Shown: one piece after another, positions 1 to 10,000 of the stretch | Layout of the letters: every line of letters starts with the position of its first letter | Position numbering within the stretch: the first letter of the stretch is position 1 | Virus record (IMG/VR): IMGVR_UViG_3300010885_031189 | Span: 34,320-98,319 of that record | Length of the DNA: 64,000 bases | DNA from: a virus | Reading direction: 5' to 3' (one strand) | Program-made: the position numbers and the translations under genes | Notes under the pieces: generated by a model | The model's database searches: none | Seen by the model: the letters and a program-made list of their open reading frames with translations, nothing else | Told to the model about the DNA's origin: nothing

Positions 1-1586
1 AACACTGATTGTCTCATTCGTTGTGGAACTGTTGCCCCGGTGTTATTTACCGCAAGTATAGCTGATGAACTGGCATGCCACGTTTGTGCGGCTGTAATAG
101 TATTACTACCAGTATACTCTAAATTATTTAATTCTGATGTATTATAGTCTATACTATCCGATCCAATCAACAGACTAATCATACCGCTAGGCAAATCATA
201 TTGGAAATATGTATTATCAGGTCCAGTATTTCCAACAGGAGTGTATGGTCCTTGATATATAGACCAACCACCAGGTATTAATGCACTATACGCTGCGACA
301 CCATAATTATGTACCCCATCCCAATTGTTCCAGTGGAAGTCAGTATATACATTGCTTGGTGCATTAGCGCAGTCTCCGGTAACCTGAGATATTGATAACG
401 CATGAGCTAGTGGTATATTTGTTAGTACATATGGAGAAGCATCAGCGTCTGGTGTCGTTACAGGAATCGGAGTAGCTGCATTCCAGTATACATTACGACC
501 AGACACCCATGTTAATGTTGTCCATTTTGCAACAGTAATAGAGCATGATGCTGCGTCGGAGAAGTGATAATTTACTTTAGTATTCTGCTGTGAATAGTTG
601 TTTTCATGGTAGCCTGTAGTAGATGCATCTCCCGGGTAAATAGTTGCTTGAAAAGGTACGCCTCCCGATTGGGACCCAGTTCCATCATGCGAAAGAAAAC
701 TTCTAAACAAGTTAGTTCGGTTGTTCCAGAAATAGTTTGCTAGTTCAAGTTGAGTTGATCCAGGAGCTAAATTAATACCTACACTAATCGCATTAGTTGG
801 AACAATACCATTTAATGTCAAGGTGAATGTTTTTCCACTGCTGGTTGTAGTGAATGTGAATATAATTTCGCTAGCTCCACCTGCAGTAAAGTGTAGCCCT
901 GTTAATGGTGCTGAATTAATATCAGCAGAAGTAACACCTGTTATAGTGAAAGGTATTGCTGTTCCATTTACAACATTAGTTGTTGCTAAGTGTATGGTAA
1001 CTGTTCCACCTACATCAACCGTTGCAGCACTTCTAGATAAAGTATATGTAGGATCAGATGAAGTAATAGAAGTATCATTAATGATAAGATTACTTGTTGC
1101 TACTATTGGACCTGAACCTGAACCAGTATGTAAATTGAATGTTGCTATTTCTAGACCTTCGGTTAAATTATCAGCATTAATTGTTCTAGAAAAAGAAGCA
1201 GTATTACTGACTATGGAAGCAGTCCCGGTTAACACACCGTCAGTAAAGTCTGCAGTAGTAATTCCGGTACCACTTGTTGTCCAGTATACTGTACTGTTTG
1301 GAACTCCTACTGAAGTAATCGTAAATATTACAGTATCACCTTCATTTTTAGTAATAATTGTTGGAGTCATTATATAGGATGATGCAGAGGCCCCGTGAAA
1401 ATTACCAATTGATATAGTTCCTGCTGCAGGAATTGCTGTTTGAACATTGTTTGGGTATCCAACTGCACCACTGGCAGTATATGATCCGCCTGCATAATAT
1501 TCACTTATAGCTACAGGGTTAGTTCCACCAAATTCTATTTGTATATTCCCTAATGATAGTGGATTTGCGTAAACTGGTAAGGTCAC
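1..1586 (-). CDS. Tail fibre adhesin / receptor-binding protein with Calx-beta/Ig-like domain (runs off the window; not in ORF track)
   Basis: GTG at 1586 gives MTLPVYANPLSLGNIQIEFGGTNPVAISEYYAGG, an N-terminus typical of adhesins encoded after S74 fibres. Later ...KNEGDTVIFTITS...ADFTDG...ADNLTEGLE...INDTS is Calx-beta-like. The same frame reads open at the window start. Confidence 0.75.
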   Translation of the reverse strand, partial: MTLPVYANPLSLGNIQIEFGGTNPVAISEYYAGGSYTASGAVGYPNNVQTAIPAAGTISIGNFHGASASSYIMTPTIITKNEGDTVIFTITSVGVPNSTVYWTTSGTGITTADFTDGVLTGTASIVSNTASFSRTINADNLTEGLEIATFNLHTGSGSGPIVATSNLIINDTSITSSDPTYTLSRSAATVDVGGTVTIHLATTNVVNGTAIPFTITGVTSADINSAPLTGLHFTAGGASEIIFTFTTTSSGKTFTLTLNGIVPTNAISVGINLAPGSTQLELANYFWNNRTNLFRSFLSHDGTGSQSGGVPFQATIYPGDASTTGYHENNYSQQNTKVNYHFSDAASCSITVAKWTTLTWVSGRNVYWNAATPIPVTTPDADASPYVLTNIPLAHALSISQVTGDCANAPSNVYTDFHWNNWDGVHNYGVAAYSALIPGGWSIYQGPYTPVGNTGPDNTYFQYDLPSGMISLLIGSDSIDYNTSELNNLEYTGSNTITAAQTWHASSSAILAVNNTGATVPQRMRQSV

Positions 1587-1592
1587 AGTAAG

Positions 1593-2399
1593 TTACCCCT
1601 TCTTTAGGATAGCGACTTCATTCTTTAATTCCTTAATTGCTTCTATTAGTAATGGAATTAATCTTTCATATTGAACTGTTAAATATTTCTCATCAATTGG
1701 TGCTGGAACAACTATTTCTGGTAAAACTTCCATAACTTCTTGCGCACTAACTCCTACTTCAGGTTTAGCGACATATCCCAAACTTTGTGCCAATTCATTT
1801 GCAGAGTAATGAAATCCATTTAGTTGACATACTTTATCTAATGCGTTTTCTATGTTACCAATACGATTTTTCAATCTGTCATCCGAATAGTATGCCACTA
1901 TATCATTTGTTGCTCTAATTTGTCCAGCTACACCGCTAGCTGCAGTACCGACACCTAAAGAAACAACTTGTGGATTGGAAGTGTATACTGGAATACCAGC
2001 ACCACCACTAGTTAATAATTGTCCTACTGTTCCTGGACCAAAAAATCCAGTAGTATTCACTGATGTTTGATATGGAACCTGACCAGTTGTGCCATTGGCT
2101 AAATTAGTTGATATTACAGGTACACTTAATGTAGACGATATTGTCACCCATGTAGTTGCATTACGATATTTTAAAGTATTGGTAGAAGAGTCATACCACA
2201 GTTGACCTTTTAAGGGTGTAGTAGGTGCATTAGTATCTGCAAAATTTTCCAATAAGTGGACAAAATTTTCGTTTAACACTTCGCCATATCCAGCGAAGTT
2301 TTTACCAATCAATGTTAGACTAGTGAAGTTATTATCGGATGTACCGTCTTCTACTGCTACTAATAGATTATTATTAGTCAAATTTATGTTATATGCCAT
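1593..2399 (-). CDS. Short tail fibre protein with C-terminal intramolecular chaperone (peptidase S74)
   Basis: C-terminal SDDRLKNRIGNIENALDKVCQLNG...GVSAQEV...YERLIPLLIEAIKEL. N-terminal LIGKNFAGYGEVLNENFVHLLENFA...GQLWYD fibre-attachment motif. Confidence 0.85.
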   Translation of the reverse strand: MAYNINLTNNNLLVAVEDGTSDNNFTSLTLIGKNFAGYGEVLNENFVHLLENFADTNAPTTPLKGQLWYDSSTNTLKYRNATTWVTISSTLSVPVISTNLANGTTGQVPYQTSVNTTGFFGPGTVGQLLTSGGAGIPVYTSNPQVVSLGVGTAASGVAGQIRATNDIVAYYSDDRLKNRIGNIENALDKVCQLNGFHYSANELAQSLGYVAKPEVGVSAQEVMEVLPEIVVPAPIDEKYLTVQYERLIPLLIEAIKELKNEVAILKKG

Positions 2400-2440
2400 G
2401 AGATTTAAATTCCTATAATATATTTATCGTAGACTATATG

Positions 2441-3070
2441 TCAAACTTGATTGGTTAGATTGGTTAGTGTTTGTATTCTAACTGTATAATCAATTTGAAT
2501 CAATCGGTTAAGACTTTTTTGTATTGGATGGAAAACCACATGTGTTAATAGTTTGCCGGTTCCTGGTCCGGCAGCACTCCAACCCCTGAGTCCTAATTCA
2601 TCAAATACAAAAGTACCATTAGTATTTGACCCATTATCAAACGCAAATTGACCAGTAGGCTCACCATAATTCAGCAAACAACTAACTAATATATCAGTAT
2701 ATACTGTGCCGGGTACATGCCTTATAGACATATTATTTCTGATGGGATCAGGATTAAGATCACTTGTATCATCTATAATTTTATAGTATGTTGGATTATA
2801 CAAATTTGAATTTTGCGTATTTACATTTGCAGGTAAATAATTTATAATACCAGTGGGATCAATTGCAGTTCCACCGTTACCGAAATGCATTTCATATAAG
2901 TAATTAGTTTTTTTATTTGCCAAATTATAAGCCAATGCTTGACTCATATTTTCAAAGTGAATAGCATTCTTTTTGTCAACTAATACTGAAGGATTTTCAC
3001 TATCAGTCACATCTGTGATTTTAATAAAGCCTTGAATGATTGACTGTAATGATTCGTTGGACATTCCCAT
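2441..3070 (-). CDS. Virion/baseplate structural protein
   Basis: 209-aa ORF in the baseplate operon. The FDELGL...LLTHVVFHPIQKSLNRLIQIDYTVRI C-terminus resembles tail-collar/baseplate proteins. Confidence 0.6.
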   Translation of the reverse strand: MGMSNESLQSIIQGFIKITDVTDSENPSVLVDKKNAIHFENMSQALAYNLANKKTNYLYEMHFGNGGTAIDPTGIINYLPANVNTQNSNLYNPTYYKIIDDTSDLNPDPIRNNMSIRHVPGTVYTDILVSCLLNYGEPTGQFAFDNGSNTNGTFVFDELGLRGWSAAGPGTGKLLTHVVFHPIQKSLNRLIQIDYTVRIQTLTNLTNQV

Positions 3071-3090
3071 TTCTACCCTTTAAATATTAA

Positions 3091-3246
3091 TTATGCACGA
3101 CTTTGAATCAAAATTTCTCCAGATGCTGGATCAAAAATTTTAATAAAACCTTGCACTGATATCCCGCTATTTTCATCTGGCATACTTTCACTATCCTCTA
3201 GTTCGGTAACCTCGGTTGAATCAGTGCTATGTTCATTATTTATCAT
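3091..3246 (-). CDS. Small hypothetical protein, 51 aa (below the ORF-track cut-off)
   Basis: MINNEHSTDSTEVTELEDSESMPDENSGISVQGFIKIFDPASGEILIQSRA*. It fills the intergenic gap, and QGFIKI is shared with the N-terminus of the downstream gene. Confidence 0.6.
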   Translation of the reverse strand: MINNEHSTDSTEVTELEDSESMPDENSGISVQGFIKIFDPASGEILIQSRA

Positions 3247-3265
3247 ATAATATAACTCTATTTAG

Positions 3266-6200
3266 TTAGTAGATGTATGGTGCTACAATTGATGGTTCTG
3301 TAATGGCCTGTTGCACACTAATATCCTCAACTGGTGTCCCAGCATCATATAGATCACCTACTGAGGTACCACCACATCCTCTTGTTAATTGACCTAATAC
3401 AGCACCAGACTTGGTATAATACTGTATTCTTTCACCATCAATGTATACTATACCAGGAATTAATCCTGGGGCATTCGGAGTAGGCAATGTAGTACCATCT
3501 GTGACCGTGATAATTGAATCAGTGATATGTAATGGTTCAGCTAATGTGGTTATGTTAGCATGTGTAATATTAGTGTAGAATATTTCTTCATTTATATCAA
3601 CAAACATTCTAAATCCCATAGTACCGGTCAATGATGATAGTACTGCTATTGATACTGAATCATACATAGTTCCAGGAATATGTTCGTCAGGCGAATGAGA
3701 ATATAATTGGTTAATGAATGTTCCACCAGAAACAATAATATTAGCAGTAGAAATTCCATTTATACTACTGAATAATCCACCAAATATAGTACTATCGTCT
3801 GGAACTTGATCATCACTATCTGCTGATGAATCTACTTCAATTCCTGGAACTAATGATGTTAATACTCTAGGTGGCATACTACTCGTAGGTTGATAACATG
3901 CCATAATTCTATCATTTGCATTATCAAAAGAACCAGAATCAACTAACTTGAATATGCCAAAGTCAAATCGGCCCGATCCAGGAGCGTCTATTGAATTAAT
4001 ATATCCCTGTCCCTTATATTGAACAAGTGTATTTGGAGGGTATGATTGTTCAAAAATGTCACTGTCATATAGAGAAGAATCAAATCCACCCTTTACCCAA
4101 TCAACAACGCGGCTGGTGTATGAAATACGATCAAATTTTATTGTTGATTTTACTTTACGAGTTTTTATATTTGTTAATATTGGTACTGCTTGTGCCCAAC
4201 GAGAGACAGGAATGTCCATCAATCCCATATAATCTCTATCAGTAATATCTCTACTTGCTTCATCATATGAATCGTATTCTTCAGGTAGAATGTCATACCC
4301 TAAGTTAACAATTGATTGTTCTGGTACAATTCTAGTTACTATTAATTGCCCTCTATACATGTAAAAATCAAACTCGCATACTGCGATTGTACTAAGATCA
4401 TCTGCTCCATTGTATATCTCAAGCCCTTTTCCTTCACCTGAAGTTGGTCTTCCTACTAAAATATATGATGATCTACGTTTAAATAGTAATTGAGCACCAA
4501 ATCTTTCAGAACTAGCTCCACATCTATACATTGCTTCTTGAAGTGCAGTATCAAATATATTTAATTGAGGTTCATCATCCGTTTGTACAATAACAATGTA
4601 ATCTTTGCTAGTATTATTGAGATCCGCGGTTAACTCAGCAACTTTGCTTACATCACCATATATATCATATGTTTTACTGAATGCTAAATCTAATACACCA
4701 TTATATATTCTAATACGATGTAATGTATAACTACGGGTAGCTGAATATATCAAACTTCCAGTTTCACCATCATATAATCCAGAAGCAAGAGTTCCAGTAA
4801 TATCATTATAACCTCTTGATATGACTTTATATTTTATTGGTACAGTGACTGGAGTTACTCCTGTCCCAGATATTTTCACCAATGGTGTACTAGTATACCC
4901 ACTGCCTTGATTTGTGATGTAAATTTTTTGTATGCTACCATTTGATGAATTTATAGTAGCATATGCTTTAGCTCCTGAACCATTACCATCAGTACTAATT
5001 ATAGAAATGTCAGGCGATGTTATATAACCATATCCAGGAGATACTAATTCTATACTGCCTACTCCGTAAGTATGATGATTTTTCCAATCAACATATTTTG
5101 GTTTATTAAATAAGATAGCATCTTTGTTTACATATTCACCATTTGGGCTCCTGTATACATTCAAATCTGAATCGTAATATGCAGGTAAATCAAAGTCCGA
5201 TATTGCAATAGGAGCATTTTCTAGTCCATAATGACTGATTATGTATTCACGGATCTTAGTTCTGTATGGCTTGATTTCATTGATATAATCAAGATAGTTA
5301 TCCCATTTATCTTTGCTGTAGCTAGATGGTTGTAGTAATCCATCAATTTCTTGTTTTAATGAAATAAAGCTAGTTTTAAATGCCCAGTCTATTGTCTGTT
5401 GCTCCGCTATAATACAATAAATCAACACAAATATCAATTTGTTGTATTCCTCCAATAATTCATCAACAAACAGGTCTTCTGCCAATCCTGATAATATATA
5501 TCTAAACTCAATAAAAGAATTTCTATCAAAATAATCTACGTCAATAGTGTCAGAGTCAAATCCACTTGTCTTCCATAAATCTTGACTTAATTCAATCGTT
5601 CCATTTTCAAGACCTATTAAGCTGCGTGTATCAGCAGAAGAATACAAGTATATTTCAAATTTACCTTGCTCATTGGTTGTTATTTTTACTATATCCCCTG
5701 CCTTAAGAGTAAGTTTATATACATCTTTTTCTAATTTCACATTATAGTTAATTTTAGTAGTATTACTGTATCCAGTGGCATACCAATTAACAAATTTCCA
5801 ATACTTGGTCACATCAAATGCTTGAATAGTATTAAATACCCAGACCTTAACTGAATTTATTTCAGTTAATTTATATAATACCCAATATCCATCATGTGTG
5901 CTATCACTTTTAACTAATATTATATAACCAGGACTCTTTAAACTTATGCTTATTAGGTCCAAATCTTCCTTAGTATCTACTACTTCATCATATTTTGACT
6001 CTGCTGGAAAAGGAGCCATTGCATATAAATTATCTGATAAGGTCAAATAATTATTAATCAATTTATTTGTAACCGGATGCTGTATTAATATAGAATTTAT
6101 ATAATCAACTATTTTCTCAACCATAGCTAACCTGTTAATTATTAAGGTTTGTCTAGGGCGAATACTTAATCCAAGTTTGTTACCAGCAGATAATTTAAAA

Positions 6201-7072
6201 TCTGGAACTAAATTTAAAGTTGAATCTGCTCCAATTAAACTGTCTAATAGCTTTTTAATTATACGAGGCGGTACTAATCTCTTATCATTGTTTTCTTGTA
6301 CTAGTTCATATTCACTATGGATAATATTTTCATTCAATGAAGTTTGATATCCTATATACAACGCAGTATCTGACTCTGATAGATATTTCCCTATGTTATA
6401 TAACGATACACTATTGTCTTTCAATATGGCAGCGTATGGAATACCTTGAGTTTTTGGATTAGATATCATATCTTCCAATGTAACTACACTATGGGTTTTC
6501 GTTGGGTCTATCTTTGTATTCTTTGCTCGTACCCAATAATAATACTTACTGCTAATTACACCAGTAACTTCATTTACATATGCTAACTCAACATACGCAC
6601 TATCATCTTGATACTTTGGTATTCCATTTAAGTCAGCTTCAACATATTCTGAAGGCAATACCTCGGCCGATATCCACTCATATACCTCAATTGTACTACC
6701 GGGAAATAATCTACCCCAATTACTTATTCTATATGCGAGCGAGTCTTGCTCGTAATCAAAATATCTTACATTATCTAAATCCCACCAGGTCTTGCCCAAT
6801 TGCAGGTCACCCCAATGGAATTCCAGGTCAATTGGCAATGTATCAGAAGTTCCAATGTTATACTTTGCAGGATCAAAATTTGTTATGTAATCTAAATCCT
6901 GTTGCGCTGTGCCTAGTATCTTTCCTTTATTTGGATCAATATAATCTAGCTTAGTAAGTAATGAATTGCTTTTTACATCATACAAGTATAATCCAGTGAC
7001 ACTGTTTAAATCAACAATGGTATCTTGATTTTTAACAGTTTTCCATCCAGAAGGAAGAGGTGTAGTTGTCAT
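3266..7072 (-). CDS. Large baseplate wedge/structural protein with an inserted ILEI/PANDER-like domain
   Basis: 1268 aa in the baseplate operon. YINEIKPYRTKIREY and PGYGYITSP...GSGAKA...GSGYTSTP motifs; ILEI-like segment at about 4400-4800. Confidence 0.65.
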   Translation of the reverse strand: MTTTPLPSGWKTVKNQDTIVDLNSVTGLYLYDVKSNSLLTKLDYIDPNKGKILGTAQQDLDYITNFDPAKYNIGTSDTLPIDLEFHWGDLQLGKTWWDLDNVRYFDYEQDSLAYRISNWGRLFPGSTIEVYEWISAEVLPSEYVEADLNGIPKYQDDSAYVELAYVNEVTGVISSKYYYWVRAKNTKIDPTKTHSVVTLEDMISNPKTQGIPYAAILKDNSVSLYNIGKYLSESDTALYIGYQTSLNENIIHSEYELVQENNDKRLVPPRIIKKLLDSLIGADSTLNLVPDFKLSAGNKLGLSIRPRQTLIINRLAMVEKIVDYINSILIQHPVTNKLINNYLTLSDNLYAMAPFPAESKYDEVVDTKEDLDLISISLKSPGYIILVKSDSTHDGYWVLYKLTEINSVKVWVFNTIQAFDVTKYWKFVNWYATGYSNTTKINYNVKLEKDVYKLTLKAGDIVKITTNEQGKFEIYLYSSADTRSLIGLENGTIELSQDLWKTSGFDSDTIDVDYFDRNSFIEFRYILSGLAEDLFVDELLEEYNKLIFVLIYCIIAEQQTIDWAFKTSFISLKQEIDGLLQPSSYSKDKWDNYLDYINEIKPYRTKIREYIISHYGLENAPIAISDFDLPAYYDSDLNVYRSPNGEYVNKDAILFNKPKYVDWKNHHTYGVGSIELVSPGYGYITSPDISIISTDGNGSGAKAYATINSSNGSIQKIYITNQGSGYTSTPLVKISGTGVTPVTVPIKYKVISRGYNDITGTLASGLYDGETGSLIYSATRSYTLHRIRIYNGVLDLAFSKTYDIYGDVSKVAELTADLNNTSKDYIVIVQTDDEPQLNIFDTALQEAMYRCGASSERFGAQLLFKRRSSYILVGRPTSGEGKGLEIYNGADDLSTIAVCEFDFYMYRGQLIVTRIVPEQSIVNLGYDILPEEYDSYDEASRDITDRDYMGLMDIPVSRWAQAVPILTNIKTRKVKSTIKFDRISYTSRVVDWVKGGFDSSLYDSDIFEQSYPPNTLVQYKGQGYINSIDAPGSGRFDFGIFKLVDSGSFDNANDRIMACYQPTSSMPPRVLTSLVPGIEVDSSADSDDQVPDDSTIFGGLFSSINGISTANIIVSGGTFINQLYSHSPDEHIPGTMYDSVSIAVLSSLTGTMGFRMFVDINEEIFYTNITHANITTLAEPLHITDSIITVTDGTTLPTPNAPGLIPGIVYIDGERIQYYTKSGAVLGQLTRGCGGTSVGDLYDAGTPVEDISVQQAITEPSIVAPYIY

Positions 7073-7092
7073 AATATGTATTTATCCTTGTA

Positions 7093-10000
7093 TTAGATAG
7101 AATTATTACTAGTAGCACGCTTAGGAAGCGTAATATTATTTGGATTATATACTATAGCTTCCCACTGTCCATCTTGATTTTTATCTACCCATGCCATATC
7201 TCCAACTCTCCAACCATTTTTTGGTGGTGAACTAGTTACTTGACTGATAGTTGAGTACCTCATTCTGGTAAGATCAAATAAATCTCCACTGCCCTCTATT
7301 GGATTTGTTCTTATTAAATTTACTAGAATTGAGTCAATTGCTACAATAACGGAAGTAGTACTTTCAACTACAAGAACTTGATAAAAATTATCAAAATTGG
7401 CATCTAAACCGCTAAAAGCAAAAACATCACGCACTGCTAATCCATGTGCCGCACTCATAGTAACTGTAATCTTATTATCCAACGCATAATCAAGTTTAGT
7501 TACAGTGTGTGGTACTTCTGTAACACGATAAACTTGCCAATCGTCATTGAAATCTTTTGCCACCCAAATTCTATAACCAGTTACAATATTAGGTAATATT
7601 GCTGATAGGGCAGCATAATTGGTCATATCAAATAACAAAGAATCAACATCATTTATATTAACATATCCTGCAGATTTTATATCATCTTCATAATATCGGG
7701 TTGGTTCCCTGTTTAAAAATACAGATGGCTCATATTTCAACGGACTATTCAATAAATTCAACGGACGCACTATATTAACCAAATCAACACTCGTATCATT
7801 TTTGCCCAATAGTGATAATGATGATGGATTTGCTTTATATTGTGTTTCATCTAATCGTACACTGATGCTTTGGTTAGCATCTATTGCACCATATTCTCCG
7901 ACACGCATTGCCCATTCTTCAAATGTAATTAAATTAGTTTGTTGCTTATTGAATTGGCTCTTTGCTAATGCAGATATTGCATTCTGTGTTCCCTTTTCTC
8001 TAATATATCCTTGGTAGAATTTACTTTGAGTGGTTTGATTCATACCAATGTCTTCAAGATATGACCTACTTCTATACCCTATTAATCCTTTACTAAAGGT
8101 ATCAAAATTTTCATCCAATTGCTGATTATCAATATTATATATGTCAGCAAGTTTAAGTGCATTATTAGAAAAGTTTGGTAGTAATCCAGATGTTAATGCT
8201 CTATCCAATTGACTCCAATAATTAAAGTCAAATGAGTCAGCAGCAACCATATCTTGTAATGCAGTATATGATATCTTTTTATAGGAAACAATATCTCCTT
8301 TTTTATAATCAGTGGTAGGTGACCAATTAGTAGTTACTGAATTATTATAAATAAATCCTGCTGGCGAAAGTTCACCATTCCAATTGGAAGTTTTACTTCC
8401 GGTAATCCGTAATCTATGTTGTCTGTTTCCTAATTCTGGCTTGTAAATTACATCATTGAATACTGTAACATTATCAAATATTAATGTATGGTCATATTGA
8501 ACTAATGTAATTTCGGCAAATGCTATGGTTTGTCCATATATAGCATTAATAGTTGTTACTACTGAATCTCTCACTATATCTAATGCAGTATTTTTTATAA
8601 CTTCAAAATTTGGATTCAAAATTCTTGATTCATTTGGACGATTGCCAATCATATCAACCACTGAATCTGTACTAGTAAATTTCAACTCGCTACCCACTGG
8701 GCTTAATACTAAAATATTACCAGATTTCCATCCCTGTAATGTCCAGGTTAGAAATTCTTCAGCAGCAAGTACCCAATCTTGTGTCTTTCCTAAATCTGAA
8801 TTGTAATTCTCAAACACAAATCCCTGTGCTATTAATATTCTCTGATAACTTACCAAAAAGTCTACAATCTGTTGTTTGTTCTTAAACTCGTATCCATACG
8901 GTACTGTAATTTTTTTATTCTGATAATCGTTATATATAACACCTCGGGTGTTTAATACTTGAATTGCATATGAACTTCCAGTAGATTGACTTGGTATTAT
9001 AGTAAAATATGGTGTTTTTAAATTATAACCACTTACTGTATACCCTGAATCTGTTTTTTCTACTATTACCGCACTATAATTAATTCTTCTAATGGGAACA
9101 CTCTTATTGAGATGAACCATATAATTTTCATCTGGAATAATAGTTGATTCATTTGTACTATTAGGACTATACTGATCTGCTAATACAGTGATATATTTCT
9201 TATCAGTGAATCCTGCCATTTTATGACTTAATTTTACATCTAATGCACTAAGGTAAGTTCTTACTTTTGTTGGACCGATCATTCCAAAACTAGTAATGTA
9301 ATCGGATACCCAATTTATATAACCACTTGCCCTGGTTATATTACCGTTTACTGATTCACCATTAATAACTATACTGGTAGGTGTAACTTTTTTGTTGGTT
9401 GAGTTAACTGTAAATTGTCCTATATTCACTCTTGGTGTATATCTAGATGTATCTACTAATGTACCAAAATAGACAGCCGGTTTAAGTAGTGCAATAGTTC
9501 GTTGCATTGCATATGCAAATTCACTAGTTCTTCTCCATGCTGATTCAACTGGACCTTGATCACCTATTGAGAAAGTATAATTTAATGTGGCACTATCAAA
9601 TTTACTTAATAATTGGGTAGGGTCAATTAAATTACCAGACGCATCTACTGGTAAAAAAGTGGATAAATTTGGACGAGCATATAGCGGATTGTAACTATCT
9701 GTTACATAATTGTATCCATCTTCCAAGTCAAGCCATAGATTCAACAATCCTGAGGTGTATGGTGCTGCACCATATCTTGCTTCCCATCCTGAAGGTTTTT
9801 CTGAGAATCCAATCATTTCCCACGGATGAGTGTGAGGGCGATCAGTATCGTAAAAATACTTATATATACCTCTCCAATAACCAATCATTGGTTGTCCATC
9901 AATATCTAAACATCTATTATAATTCCAACTAAATTCATTATTTGATTGGAAATAAGGATTACCACTATAATCTATCTTGTTACCACCAATCCATTTCAAA

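Noticed and set aside
823-1377. 184-aa plus-strand ORF
   Set aside because: Antisense shadow of the minus-strand adhesin gene that starts at 1586.
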